From: Candidatus Polarisedimenticolia bacterium
GTDB taxonomy: Bacteria > Acidobacteriota > Polarisedimenticolia > SMYD01
Assembly (NCBI GenBank): GCA_041580435.1
Contig: JBFGDW010000009.1
Coordinates: forward strand, 1 to 25,640
Length of the DNA: 25,640 bases
Reading direction: 5' to 3'
The number at the start of each line of letters is the position of its first letter. The stretch's first letter is position 1. A model generated the notes under the pieces. The model saw nothing but the letters and a program-made list of their open reading frames with translations. It had not been told where the DNA came from and searched no databases. Positions 6,918 to 22,055 of the stretch are shown piece by piece. A program made the position numbers and the translations under genes.

Positions 6918-9302
6918 ATGCTGAAGCGCCTGGATCGCTACATCTTGCGGGAGATCCTCCCGCCCACGCTCCTGAGCCTGACCCTCTACGTCTTCCTGCT
7001 GTTCATGAATGTCCTGTTCGACGTGGCCCGGGAGGCGATCCAGAACCAGATCGCCCTGGGTGTGGTCCTGAGGCTTCTCTACTACCAGCTCCCCAACCTG
7101 CTGGTGGTGAGCCTGCCCATGTCCATCCTCCTGGGCACCCTCATCGGCGTGGGCCGGCTGTCAGCCGACTCCGAGCTCATCGCCCTGCAGGCGGCAGGCA
7201 TCTCCGTCCGCCGCCTGGTCCGCGCCGCCTCGCTCCTTGGCCTGGGCGGGGCCCTGGTCTGCTTCTACTTCATCGCCTTCGTGGCCCCCGAGGGGGCCTA
7301 CGCCCACCACCTGGTCAAGCGCGAGGTGTACCTCTCCCGCTACGTCAATTCCGAGCGGATCGTCCCCCGGGTGTTCCACGAGAGCATCCCGGGCCTGCTC
7401 CTGTACTACGACAGCCGCGAGCCGGGGACCGGCGCCTTCCGGCGGGTGTTGCTCTACGAGACCGAGCAGGGCGGCCTGGTAGAGCGGATCACCCACGCCC
7501 GGCGGGGAGAGCTCAGCTTCGACCCGGCCACCGGCCGCGTCAACCTCTACCTCCAGGACGGTGCGACCCACGCCCGGCGCTTCGACACCGACCCCCAGGC
7601 CGGCTACTCGGTCATGTCATTCGGGAGCTACCAGGAGAGCCGGGAGGCCCCGGCCTACATCCAGGCCTTCTCCGGCAACCTCGCCCGCAACCACAGGGAG
7701 ATGACCCTCGCCCAGCTGGCCGGAGAGATCCGCTCGGCGCGGGGAGAGTCCAACCCGGTGGTGCGGGACCTGCGGCTGGGTCTGGCCAGGACCGCCTGGC
7801 ACGAGCGCTTCGCCCTGCCGGCCGCCGCCCTCATCTTCGCCCTGCTGGGGCTTCCCCTGGGGGTGGTCAACAGGCGCGGCGGCAAGGCATCGGGCTTCGC
7901 GCTGAGCCTGGCCATCGTCCTGGTCTACTGGGTCGGGTACTCCATCCTCCGGGATCTGGCCGAGAGCGGGCGGATGGAGGTGATCGTCGCCCTCTGGCTG
8001 CCCAACGCCGTCTTCGGCGTCCTGGCGGGCCTGCTCCTGCTGGCGCGCTCGGGAAGACCGCGGCGCGGCCGCTCTGGATCCCCCCTGATCGCAGTGGCCG
8101 GGAGGCTCCGCTCCCTCCTCCAGGCCCAGCGCCAGCGCCGCCGCCAGCGGCGGCGTGCGGCCACCACCGAGGGGTCCGCGCCGGTGCCCCCCGCGGCGCG
8201 GTTCCCCCTTCTCATCGACCGGTACGTGGCCGGTCACTTCCTGAAGGTGTTCGTCTTCGTCCTGCTCTCGGTCTACCTGGTCTACCTGCTGGTGGAGTTC
8301 CGGTCCCTCATCCAGGACATGGTGGATCATGACGCACCGGTGGGGGTCATGCTCCAGTACCTTCTCTTCCTGGTCCCCCGGATGACCACCACCATCCTCC
8401 CGGTGGCCTGCCTGGTGGCCACCCTGGTGGGGCTGGGACTCATGGCGCGCTCCCACGAGGACACCGCGGTCAAGGCCGCCGGCGTCAGCGTCTACCGGCT
8501 CATGCTCCCGGTCCTGGTCCTCACCTTCGGCGTCAGCGGGGCCGCCTACTTCCTCCAGGACGAGGTTCTGCCCACCTCCAACCGTGTGGCCGAGGCGCTC
8601 CGCGACCGGATCGCCGGGCGACCCCCCCGCACCCGCAATCCCCGCCACCGCTGGGTCATGGCCCAGGATCACCGCCTGTATCACTACCAGAGTGCCGACC
8701 CGGACCGGGGGCTGTTCCAGGGCCTGAGCATCTACGAGCTGGACCCGGCCACCTTCGTCATCCGCTCACGGATCTACGCCGGGCGCGCGTTCTACAACGG
8801 CAGCGCCTGGCTCTTCCGGGATGGCTGGCAGCGCGATTTCGGTCCCGAGGGCGCCCGGATGTCCACCTTCCGCCAGGAGACCGTGGACCTGGACGTCTCC
8901 CCCGCCCTGTTCCAGAGCGACGAGACCGTGCTCCTGTGGGGGGTTCAGCGGGAACCGGACCAGATGTCCTACCGGGATCAGCGGGCCTACATCCGTGAGC
9001 TCCGGCGCAAGGGGTACGACACCACCAGCCTGCAGGTGGCGCTGGCCCAGAAGGTGGCCTTTCCGCTCATCCCGGTGTTCATGGTCCTGCTGGGATTCCC
9101 CTTCTCCTTCCGTGTGGGGAGCCGGGGGAGCCTGTTCGGCATCGGCCTGGCCATCGCCCTGACGGTGGTCTACTGGGCGGCCCTGGCCGTCTGCAACGCC
9201 CTGGGAACCGCCTCGGTCCTCTCCCCCGCCCTGGCGGCGTGGGCCCCCAACATCTTCTTCGGGACCCTGGGGATCTACTTCAGCCTGCATCTGCGGACCT
9301 GA
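6918..9302 (+). CDS. lptF/lptG: Fused LptF-LptG-type LPS export ABC permease (two tandem YjgP/YjgQ permease modules in one 794-aa polypeptide)
   Basis: The first module opens MLKRLDRYILREILPPTLLSLTLYVFLLFMNVLFDV. The second opens around aa 430 with LIDRYVAGHFLKVFVFVLLSVYLVYLLVEF. Each module is followed by TM segments and a periplasmic beta-jellyroll-like region. The modules are joined by an Arg-rich linker (QAQRQRRRQRRRAATTEG). Confidence 0.8.
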   Translation: MLKRLDRYILREILPPTLLSLTLYVFLLFMNVLFDVAREAIQNQIALGVVLRLLYYQLPNLLVVSLPMSILLGTLIGVGRLSADSELIALQAAGISVRRLVRAASLLGLGGALVCFYFIAFVAPEGAYAHHLVKREVYLSRYVNSERIVPRVFHESIPGLLLYYDSREPGTGAFRRVLLYETEQGGLVERITHARRGELSFDPATGRVNLYLQDGATHARRFDTDPQAGYSVMSFGSYQESREAPAYIQAFSGNLARNHREMTLAQLAGEIRSARGESNPVVRDLRLGLARTAWHERFALPAAALIFALLGLPLGVVNRRGGKASGFALSLAIVLVYWVGYSILRDLAESGRMEVIVALWLPNAVFGVLAGLLLLARSGRPRRGRSGSPLIAVAGRLRSLLQAQRQRRRQRRRAATTEGSAPVPPAARFPLLIDRYVAGHFLKVFVFVLLSVYLVYLLVEFRSLIQDMVDHDAPVGVMLQYLLFLVPRMTTTILPVACLVATLVGLGLMARSHEDTAVKAAGVSVYRLMLPVLVLTFGVSGAAYFLQDEVLPTSNRVAEALRDRIAGRPPRTRNPRHRWVMAQDHRLYHYQSADPDRGLFQGLSIYELDPATFVIRSRIYAGRAFYNGSAWLFRDGWQRDFGPEGARMSTFRQETVDLDVSPALFQSDETVLLWGVQREPDQMSYRDQRAYIRELRRKGYDTTSLQVALAQKVAFPLIPVFMVLLGFPFSFRVGSRGSLFGIGLAIALTVVYWAALAVCNALGTASVLSPALAAWAPNIFFGTLGIYFSLHLRT

Positions 9303-9310
9303 GTCCGCAG
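9291..9310. terminator. Hairpin shared by the convergent lptFG(+) and TPR-phosphodiesterase(-) genes
   Basis: CTGCGGAC-ctga-GTCCGCAG is a perfect 8-bp stem with a 4-nt loop. The loop contains the lptFG TGA (9300-9302). It sits in the 10-nt gap between two convergent stop codons and is a candidate bidirectional terminator. Confidence 0.5.
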
Positions 9311-9312
9311 GC

Positions 9313-12300
9313 TCATCCCCCCAGCCCGGCCAGACGCTCGCGCACGGCGGGCTGGTCCGGCTGGGTCTCCAGGGAGCGCCGGTACTCGGCCCGGCCGCGC
9401 TCCGTTTCCCCCGCCGCCAGCCAGGCCTCCGCCAGCTGGTTGCGCAGCGTGTAGAGCCCGGGGTTGATCTCCAGCGCCCGGGAGAGCATGGCCGCCGCCC
9501 GGGCCGGCTCGTCGGAGCGCATGTAGAGATCCCCCAGGGCGGCAAAGGCCGACAGGTAGTCGGGGCTGATGGCCACGGCTCGCAGCAGCGCCTGCTCCGC
9601 CCCCTGGCGTTCCCCGCGCCGGGCCAGGGCCAGGCCCAGGTTGTGAAAGCCGTCGGCATAGTCCGGGTCCAGCTCCACCGCCTTGCGGTAGGCCACCAGC
9701 TCCGCCTCGGGGTCCCCCAGGCGGCCTTGCACCGCGCCCAGGTTGTTGTAGGCGGACGGGTAGTCAGGGTCGGCGGCGATGGCCAGCTGGAAGGCCCGGT
9801 GCGCCTCCTCCAGGCGGCCGGTGGCGAAGTAGAGGCTTCCCAGGTTGTTGTGGACCACCGCGTGCTCGGGATCCCGCTCCAGGGCCCGGCGGTAGAGGTC
9901 CATGGCCTCCTCCAGCCGGCCCGTGTCCTGGTAGACGAGCGCCATGTTGTTGTAGGTGCCGATGAAATCCGGGTCGGCGTCCAGACCCTGCAGGTAGGCC
10001 TCCTCGGCCTGCGCGAAGCGGCGGGAGGCGCCCGCAGTGTCGCCGGCCGCCTGGGCCTGGAGGGCCTGGTGGCGGCGCACGTTGCCGATGTTGTTGAACG
10101 CCTCGGCCGAGTCGGGATCGATGGCGGCGGCGCGCCGGTAGAACTCCAGGGCCCGGTCCGCCTGCCCGCGGCGCTCGGCCAGCAGACCGAGGCTCACCAG
10201 CGCCCCCGTGCTGCTGGGCTCCAGCTCCAGCGCCCGCCTGAACGCCGCCTCGGCCCGGTCCAGCTGCTTGCGGTCCATGTGGATGTTCCCCAGGAGGTTC
10301 TCCACCACCGATGAGGTGGGATCGTCACGGCGCAGCGCCTCCAGCACCTCCAGCGCCTCGTCATCCCGCTTGAGGAGCCGCAGCGCACGCGCCTTGTTGA
10401 GGCGCAGGGCCCGCGCCTCCGGGGCCAGCCGCAGCCCCCGCTCCAGCTCCGCCAGCCCCTCCTCGGGCCGCCCCTCCGCCAGCAGGATGGAGCCCCGGTT
10501 GTTGTAGGCGGTGACCTCGTCCTGGCCCAGGCGGTCCACGTCCCCCGGCCCCACGTACCCCAGGGACTGGAGGCGCCGGATGATGGCGGGGTCCTCGGCG
10601 GAGGGAACGGGCGCTCCTGGCGCGGCGCCGCGCACCGCGCCCGCGGCCTCCTCCAGGAGCACCGGCGGGTGGGCCGAGAGGAACTCCGGCGACAGGGCCT
10701 CGGTGAGGACCCGGCCCTGCATGTGGGCCGGCACCGGCAGCCCCAGGAGCGCCAGCACGGTGGGGGCCACGTCCAGGACCGACGCCTCCGCCACCTGCGT
10801 GCCCGGGCGGGCGCCCCGCCCGGCCACCACCAGCACGCCATACTTCCGGTGCCAGTCGGCGGCCTGGCCGGCGCCGATGCGCGCGTCCCCGGCCGGCCGG
10901 TTGTCGCCGGTGCGGAAGCCGTGGTCGCTCACCAGCACCACGCTGGTCTCGGGCCCGGTGGTCTCCAGGAGCCGGCCCAGCCGCTGGTCCAGATCCCGGT
11001 ACACCGCGTCCACCACGGTATGCCAGCGATCGTAGCGCCCGGCATCGATCTCGGGTCGGCGCGGCGGGTGGAACGGCATGAAGAGATGGGCCGCCGTGTC
11101 GCTGGCCTCGAAGTAGACGCAGCGCAGCACCGGCCCGCCGCGGCCGGCCAGGCGCAGGGCGATCTCCGAGTAGGTGTGGGTGGCCGCCAGGACCACCTTG
11201 AACTCCTCCAGCAGCTCTTGGTCTTCATCGGGGAGGGTGGAGAGGTCCTCGGGGAGCCGCGCGAAGGGACGCACGTCCCCCACCCCGATCTCCTCCGGGC
11301 GGACCATGAGCGGCTCGATCTCCTCCCAGAGGTCCGGAGGCCAGGTCTTCCCCTCGGGGCCCGGCAGGAGGCTCTCCCCCATGCCAAAGAGCTGGTAGGC
11401 GATCCGGTCCGAGACCACGTAGCCGGCCACCTCCTCGGCCGGCCAGGTGGCCCACCAGGCCACCACCCCCACCGGCAGGTCCCGCTGGCTCAGCAGGGTC
11501 CAGAGGGCCGGCACGCGGCGCAGGTTGCTGGTCACCGGCACCCGGGCGCCGCTGTCCCGGTCCACGGCCAGGAAGTCCACGATGCCGTGGCGGTCCGGCC
11601 CCACGCCGGTGGCCACCGAGGTCCAGACCACGGGTGAAAGGACAGGGGTGACCGTCCGCAGCCGGCCCCTGGCCCCACGCTCCAGCAGGGAAGCCAGGTG
11701 GGGCAGATCGCCCCGCTCCAGGAGCGGGTCGATGACGTTCCAGTCGGCGCCGTCCCAGCCCACGAGCAGGACCCGCGCTCCGGGGATCGGCCCGGCGGCA
11801 CTGCGCCGGGCGTGCTCCGCCACCACCTCCGGCGGGCCCACCGACTCGAGCCAGATCCCCTCCAGGGTCACTCCCGCCGCCGCCATCCGCGGCGCCAGCT
11901 CGCCGGCCAGGGCGCGATCCCCCTCCTGCCCGGGGCTCACCGCCACTCCCCGGGCCAGAAGCTGCCGCAGGGCATCGCGCACGGCCGGCTCCAGCAGCGC
12001 CCCGGGGACATCGCTGCCGGCCTGGCGGGCCAGGCGCGACAGCCCCGACTCGTCCACCCGCCAGCGCAGCCGTCCCGAGGCCGCCAACCTGGCTCCCTCG
12101 CGGCTCTGGAGGGCGTCCCCTGCCACCCCCACCACAAAGGGGTGGAGGGCCGCCTCCCTGGGATAGGTGCGAACCGTGAGGACCAGGGGCGGGGTGAAGT
12201 GCCACCCCGGCGCCAGCGGGCGTGCCTGCACCCGCAGCCAGACCGAGTCGCGCACGGCGTACACGTCAGCCGGGACGCGGTGCCAGCCCAGGGCCGCCCA

Positions 12301-12351
12301 CAGGGCGGCCGCGGCCAGCAGCAATCCCACGAGGATGCGGCGGGTGGTCAT
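9313..12351 (-). CDS. Membrane-anchored alkaline-phosphatase-superfamily (type I phosphodiesterase / nucleotide pyrophosphatase-like) protein with roughly 12 C-terminal TPR repeats
   Basis: The N-terminus MTTRRILVGLLLAAAALWAALGW is a signal anchor. The core VLLVGWDGADWNVIDPLL...TVTPVLSPVVWTSVATGVGPDRHGIVDF...VVLVSDHGF carries the metal-ligand motifs of the PF01663-like AlkP core (GxDGxxW, nucleophile Ser/Thr region, DHG). The C-terminal roughly 420 aa are TPR repeats (AYNNRGSILLAEGRPEEGLAELERGLRLAP..., repeated as AxxNxGxxxxxxGxxxEAxxxYxxAxxxDP). Confidence 0.75.
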   Translation of the reverse strand: MTTRRILVGLLLAAAALWAALGWHRVPADVYAVRDSVWLRVQARPLAPGWHFTPPLVLTVRTYPREAALHPFVVGVAGDALQSREGARLAASGRLRWRVDESGLSRLARQAGSDVPGALLEPAVRDALRQLLARGVAVSPGQEGDRALAGELAPRMAAAGVTLEGIWLESVGPPEVVAEHARRSAAGPIPGARVLLVGWDGADWNVIDPLLERGDLPHLASLLERGARGRLRTVTPVLSPVVWTSVATGVGPDRHGIVDFLAVDRDSGARVPVTSNLRRVPALWTLLSQRDLPVGVVAWWATWPAEEVAGYVVSDRIAYQLFGMGESLLPGPEGKTWPPDLWEEIEPLMVRPEEIGVGDVRPFARLPEDLSTLPDEDQELLEEFKVVLAATHTYSEIALRLAGRGGPVLRCVYFEASDTAAHLFMPFHPPRRPEIDAGRYDRWHTVVDAVYRDLDQRLGRLLETTGPETSVVLVSDHGFRTGDNRPAGDARIGAGQAADWHRKYGVLVVAGRGARPGTQVAEASVLDVAPTVLALLGLPVPAHMQGRVLTEALSPEFLSAHPPVLLEEAAGAVRGAAPGAPVPSAEDPAIIRRLQSLGYVGPGDVDRLGQDEVTAYNNRGSILLAEGRPEEGLAELERGLRLAPEARALRLNKARALRLLKRDDEALEVLEALRRDDPTSSVVENLLGNIHMDRKQLDRAEAAFRRALELEPSSTGALVSLGLLAERRGQADRALEFYRRAAAIDPDSAEAFNNIGNVRRHQALQAQAAGDTAGASRRFAQAEEAYLQGLDADPDFIGTYNNMALVYQDTGRLEEAMDLYRRALERDPEHAVVHNNLGSLYFATGRLEEAHRAFQLAIAADPDYPSAYNNLGAVQGRLGDPEAELVAYRKAVELDPDYADGFHNLGLALARRGERQGAEQALLRAVAISPDYLSAFAALGDLYMRSDEPARAAAMLSRALEINPGLYTLRNQLAEAWLAAGETERGRAEYRRSLETQPDQPAVRERLAGLGG

Positions 12352-12362
12352 GGCAGGGCGAT

Positions 12363-12389
12363 CATGATGGTCCGCACCGGGCCATCATG
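12363..12389 (-). other. Hairpin in the 106-nt spacer between the ahcY stop and the TPR-phosphodiesterase start codon
   Basis: CATGATGG-(11 nt)-CCATCATG is an 8-bp inverted repeat 12-40 nt upstream of the ATG at 12351. It could be an ahcY terminator or an element occluding the leader of the downstream gene. Confidence 0.3.
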
Positions 12390-12457
12390 GCGCTCCCCGG
12401 GCCGAACCACAAGGTGGAGATCCCGGCGCCAGACGCTCTCGCCGTGCGCCCGCCGGC

Positions 12458-14905
<2,448 letters not shown>

Positions 14906-14972
14906 GCCGGTGCTCTCCAGGAAGGTTCGGAAGGCTGCTTGATGCGGCGTCCCAAGGGGGATGAAGACCGCA

Positions 14973-15002
14973 ATCCTACCACCTGGACGGTCGCCGTGTC
15001 AA
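14973..15002 (-). promoter_or_regulatory. Candidate sigma70 promoter for metK (TTGACA -N18- TAGGAT on the minus strand)
   Basis: Reverse complement of 14973-15002 reads TTGACACGGCGACCGTCCAGGTGGTAGGAT. It sits in the 134-nt gap just after the dnaE stop. The predicted leader is about 65 nt, ending in a GGAGAG RBS. Confidence 0.45.
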
Positions 15003-15039
15003 CGCCGGAAAGCCCGTGCCCGCGCGGGTTTGCGCCCGG

Positions 15040-18531
<3,492 letters not shown>

Positions 18532-18537
18532 GGCGGC

Positions 18538-18852
18538 CTAGTGGACCTTCCGGTCCCCTGGGGAGGGGGCCTCGGTGAGGGCCCCGAACCGGGCCTCGTA
18601 GCGCGCCAGGTTCTCCGAGAGGGCCCGGACCACCCGCTTGAGGTGCCCCGGGCTCAGGACAACCCGGGCGGTGACGATGCCTGCCCGTGGTTGAAAGACG
18701 GTGATGAAGTCCAGGACGAACTCCTCCCGGGTGTGGGAGACCACCATGTTGTTGGCGTAGACGCCGCCGGCCAGGTCCTCGGGCAGCTTGATCTCCACCC
18801 GTGGTCCCTCGGGCGACTCGCCCGGTGACTGGGGGTCGCGATCTTGGCTCAT
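18538..18852 (-). CDS. DUF3467-family small protein (function unknown), 6 nt upstream of dnaE
   Basis: 104 aa. The core GVYANNMVVSHTREEFVLDFITVF is characteristic of DUF3467. ATG 18852 with GAGGTG RBS. The TAG stop at 18538-18540 lies 6 nt before the dnaE ATG. Confidence 0.65.
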   Translation of the reverse strand: MSQDRDPQSPGESPEGPRVEIKLPEDLAGGVYANNMVVSHTREEFVLDFITVFQPRAGIVTARVVLSPGHLKRVVRALSENLARYEARFGALTEAPSPGDRKVH

Positions 18853-18882
18853 GGTTTCACCTCGCTGACGCCGTCCTGGGCG

Positions 18883-20436
18883 TCACTCCCACTCGATGGT
18901 GCCCGGTGGCTTGCTGGTGATGTCGTACACCACGCGGTTGATCCCCGGGACGGTGTTGACGATGTCGTTGGCCACGGCGGCCAGGAGGTCGCCCGGCAGC
19001 CGTGCCCAGTCGGCGGTCATGTAGTCCTGGGTGGTCACGGCCCGCAGGGCCACAACCTGCTCGTAGGACCGGGCATCTCCCATGACCCCCACGGAGCGCA
19101 CGGGAAGCAGGACCACGAACGCCTGGGCCACCTCATCATACAGCCCGGCCCGGCGCAGCGCGCCCAGGAAGCAGGCATCGGCCCGGCGCAGCAGGTCCAG
19201 CCCCTCCCGGGTCACCTCGCCCAGGACGCGCACCGCCAGGCCCGGCCCCGGGAACGGGTGGCGCCCCACGAACTCCTCCGCCAGCCCCAGCGCCCGGCCC
19301 AGGGCGCGCACCTCGTCCTTGAACAGCTCCCGCAGCGGCTCCACCAGCTCCAGCTGCATCCGCGCCGGCAGCCCCCCCACGTTGTGATGGGTCTTGATCA
19401 CAGCCGACGGCCCCCCCGCGCCGGCGGACTCGATGACATCGGGGTAGAGGGTCCCCTGGGCCAGGTGGGTGATCTCACCGTCCGCCTGGAGGCGGCGCGC
19501 CTGCTCCTCGAACACACGGATGAAGGTCTCCCCCACCGCCTTCCGCTTGTCCTCCGGATCGGTGACCCCGGCCAGCCGCTCCAGAAAGAGGTCGCCAGCG
19601 TCCACCTTGCGCACCTGCAGGCCGTAGCGTCCCGTGAACGCGGCCATCACCTCGTCGGCCTCCCCCTGGCGGAGCAGGCCGTTGTCCACGAACAGGGGCA
19701 CCAGCCGGTCCCCCACCGCCCGGTGGATGAGCAGGGCGGCCACCGACGAGTCCACCCCGCCGGAAAGGCCGCAGAGAACCCGCCCGCCTCCCACCTGGCG
19801 CCGCACGCGGCCCACCGCCTCCTCCAGGAACGAGGCCATGGTCCAGTCGCCGCGCGCCCCGCAGATGTCGAACAGGAAGGTGCGCAGCAGGGCGCTGCCG
19901 TTGGGGGTGTGGTGCACCTCGGGGTGGAACTGGATGCCGTAGAGGCGCCGCCTGCCGTCCTCGATGACCGCGCGCTCCACGCTCCCGGTGGAGCCCGTGA
20001 CCTGGAACCCCTCGGGCTCCCGGGTCAGCCGGTCCCCGTGGCTCATCCAGACCGGCTCCTCATCCCCGAGCCTGGCCAGCAGGCCCGAGCGCCCGCCCAC
20101 CTTCAGCCGCGCCGGACCGTACTCCCGCTGGCCTCCTCCCTCCACCTCCCCTCCCAGCTGCCGGGCCATGAGCTGCATGCCGTAGCAGATCCCCAGCACC
20201 GGCACCCCCAGGTGGAACAGGCCGGGATCGGCCTGGGGCGCGCCGTGCCGGTAGACCGAATCGGGCCCCCCCGACAGGATCACCCCGGTGGGCCGCAGCT
20301 GTGCCACCTGCGCCGCCGGCGTGGCCGAGGGGGCAATGGTGCAGAAGACCTGCAGCTCCCGGACCCGGCGCGCGATGAGCTGGGTGTACTGGGACCCGAA
20401 GTCGAGGATGAGGATGCTGTCACGGCGGCCGGGCAT
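18883..20436 (-). CDS. guaA: GMP synthase (glutamine-hydrolysing)
   Basis: [51 protein letters not shown] and C-terminal PPGTIEWE all match E. coli GuaA closely. The ORF-track start at 20472 is a TTG overlapping the holA stop. The in-frame ATG at 20436 ([13 protein letters not shown]) fits the family N-terminus better. Confidence 0.95.
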   Translation of the reverse strand: MPGRRDSILILDFGSQYTQLIARRVRELQVFCTIAPSATPAAQVAQLRPTGVILSGGPDSVYRHGAPQADPGLFHLGVPVLGICYGMQLMARQLGGEVEGGGQREYGPARLKVGGRSGLLARLGDEEPVWMSHGDRLTREPEGFQVTGSTGSVERAVIEDGRRRLYGIQFHPEVHHTPNGSALLRTFLFDICGARGDWTMASFLEEAVGRVRRQVGGGRVLCGLSGGVDSSVAALLIHRAVGDRLVPLFVDNGLLRQGEADEVMAAFTGRYGLQVRKVDAGDLFLERLAGVTDPEDKRKAVGETFIRVFEEQARRLQADGEITHLAQGTLYPDVIESAGAGGPSAVIKTHHNVGGLPARMQLELVEPLRELFKDEVRALGRALGLAEEFVGRHPFPGPGLAVRVLGEVTREGLDLLRRADACFLGALRRAGLYDEVAQAFVVLLPVRSVGVMGDARSYEQVVALRAVTTQDYMTADWARLPGDLLAAVANDIVNTVPGINRVVYDITSKPPGTIEWE

Positions 20437-20468
20437 GGGCGGCAGTCTATGCCCCGCCGACGGCCGCC

Positions 20469-21524
20469 TCAAGCCGGCTGCACAGCCCGTCCCGCCCCGC
20501 CGGTCAGCTCCAGGACCAGCTGGGATAGCGCCGCCGGTGGCGGCTCACCCCCCTCTCCCTTCAGGCGCGAATCCACCTCCAGCAGGCGGGGGATGGCCGC
20601 CACCAGCTCCGGCTCCCCGTGGCGCGCCAGGCGATCCAGGATGGCGCGCCGGAGTCGGGGTACGGCCCGCGCCTTGGGATGCACCCCCATGGCCTCCAGG
20701 ACCTGGTCCGGTCCGCCTCCCCGGCGCCGCGCGGCCAGGCCCGCCAGGAGCTGGCGCCGGCTCCGCAGGACCAGTCGCAGGATCGACTCGGGCGGCTCCC
20801 CCAGCTCCAGGATGGCTGCCAGGGCGCTCAGGGCGCGGCGGGCATCTTTCTCCTCCAGGGCCTCCACGAATTCCCACACCGTGCCGTGGGGCAGGCGGGC
20901 CAGGACCGCCGTGACATCCGCTGGCGTGATGGCCCGGCGGTCGTCGCCGAGGTAGAGCACGACCTTGTCCAGGCCATCGGCCAGGGCCGCCTGGTCGTCC
21001 CCCAGGATCTCCTGCAGCAGCTCGGCCACCCCCGGCTCGGCACGCCGGCCCCGCCGGCGGATCTCGCCCGTTATCCAGCGGGGGATCTCGTACGCGCGGA
21101 GGGCCGGGCAGTCCACCCGGACCGCCTCCGCCAGCAGCCCGCGGGCGCCACGGGAGCGGGCCGGCAGCTCCCGGGCCGCCAGCGCCAGGCAGGTGCTGGG
21201 GCAGGGCTGGCCGGCGTAGTCGGCCAGGAGCGCCAGCTCCTCAGCCGCCAGCCCCTCCACGCCTCCCAGCAGGATGAGACGCCGCGTCCCCCCCATGGGG
21301 AGGGTGCGGGCGGCATCCAGGACCCGGGCCAGATCCACCTCACCGGCCTGCACCCGCAGGAACGTCCCCGGGTCCGGGGCGGCCTCCCCCAGGACCGCCG
21401 AGCGCAGCAGCGCCAGGGCCTGGTCCCGGGCCCAGGTCCCCGCCCCCACCAGCAGGTAGACCGGCGCCGGATCGCGGCCGGCCTCCAGGCTGGCCTCCAG
21501 GCCAGCCAGGTCCAGCGTCGCCAT
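20469..21524 (-). CDS. holA: DNA polymerase III delta subunit
   Basis: 351 aa. The N-terminus ...[21 protein letters not shown] resembles the HolA delta N-domain (APVYLLxGDE..L). It is positioned directly after lptE, as in the E. coli leuS-lptE-holA locus. The ATG at 21524 abuts the lptE TAG. Confidence 0.75.
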   Translation of the reverse strand: MATLDLAGLEASLEAGRDPAPVYLLVGAGTWARDQALALLRSAVLGEAAPDPGTFLRVQAGEVDLARVLDAARTLPMGGTRRLILLGGVEGLAAEELALLADYAGQPCPSTCLALAARELPARSRGARGLLAEAVRVDCPALRAYEIPRWITGEIRRRGRRAEPGVAELLQEILGDDQAALADGLDKVVLYLGDDRRAITPADVTAVLARLPHGTVWEFVEALEEKDARRALSALAAILELGEPPESILRLVLRSRRQLLAGLAARRRGGGPDQVLEAMGVHPKARAVPRLRRAILDRLARHGEPELVAAIPRLLEVDSRLKGEGGEPPPAALSQLVLELTGGAGRAVQPA

Positions 21525-22055
21525 CTAGAACCCCTCCAGCAGGGATGTGACCACCGCCTCTGCGAAGTCCTCGGCCACCCGCTCCAGAGCGATGACCTCC
21601 TGATCCACGAACTCGGCCGCCTGCTCCCCCACAGGGTAGTTCTCGCGGAACACGAAGTGGTCCGAGGCCCAGAGGATCCGCCGGTCGGCGGTGGCCTGGA
21701 GCCGCGCCCGGGCGGTGATGACCACCTCGATGGTGCGGGCGCGCCCGTCGGGGTTGAACTCCACCGGCGCCGCACGGTAGGACGTCACCTCCCCCGCCAG
21801 AACGGCATCCACGCCGCTGGTGCCGGCCGCCGTCTCCCGCCGCCCCCGGATCTGGAGCTGGCGCAGGATGGCCTCGGTGATCCGCTGCTCCAGCTCCGGC
21901 CGGCCGGTCTCGTTGGCGAAGGGGGGAACGCCGATGGAGTTGATGTCCGGTGGCAGCACGCCACCGCCCCGGCCCACCAGGCTGTAGCCGCAGGCGGCCA
22001 GGGCCGGCCCCAGCAAGAGGAGCGCCCCCACCCTTGATTGCCGCCAGCTGCTCAC
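21525..22055 (-). CDS. lptE: LPS-assembly lipoprotein LptE
   Basis: Lipoprotein signal with lipobox LAAC followed by GY (…LGPALAACGYSLVG…), typical of LptE. Size 176 aa. Conserved lptE-holA adjacency. The start is GTG at 22055. Confidence 0.7.
   Translation of the reverse strand: MSSWRQSRVGALLLLGPALAACGYSLVGRGGGVLPPDINSIGVPPFANETGRPELEQRITEAILRQLQIRGRRETAAGTSGVDAVLAGEVTSYRAAPVEFNPDGRARTIEVVITARARLQATADRRILWASDHFVFRENYPVGEQAAEFVDQEVIALERVAEDFAEAVVTSLLEGF

Noticed and set aside
14906-15039. SAM riboswitch upstream of metK, and an SRP-RNA-like GUUCGGAAGGCUGCUU string on the plus strand
   Set aside because: The leader is only about 65 nt after the predicted promoter, too short for SAM-I. The SRP-like string is a partial match on the wrong strand for any independent transcript and lacks the conserved GGAAGGAAGCAGC core.
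20436-20472. Longer guaA start at 20472 (ORF track 'M')
   Set aside because: That codon is TTG and would overlap the holA stop codon. The ATG at 20436 aligns with the E. coli GuaA N-terminus (…[13 protein letters not shown]).
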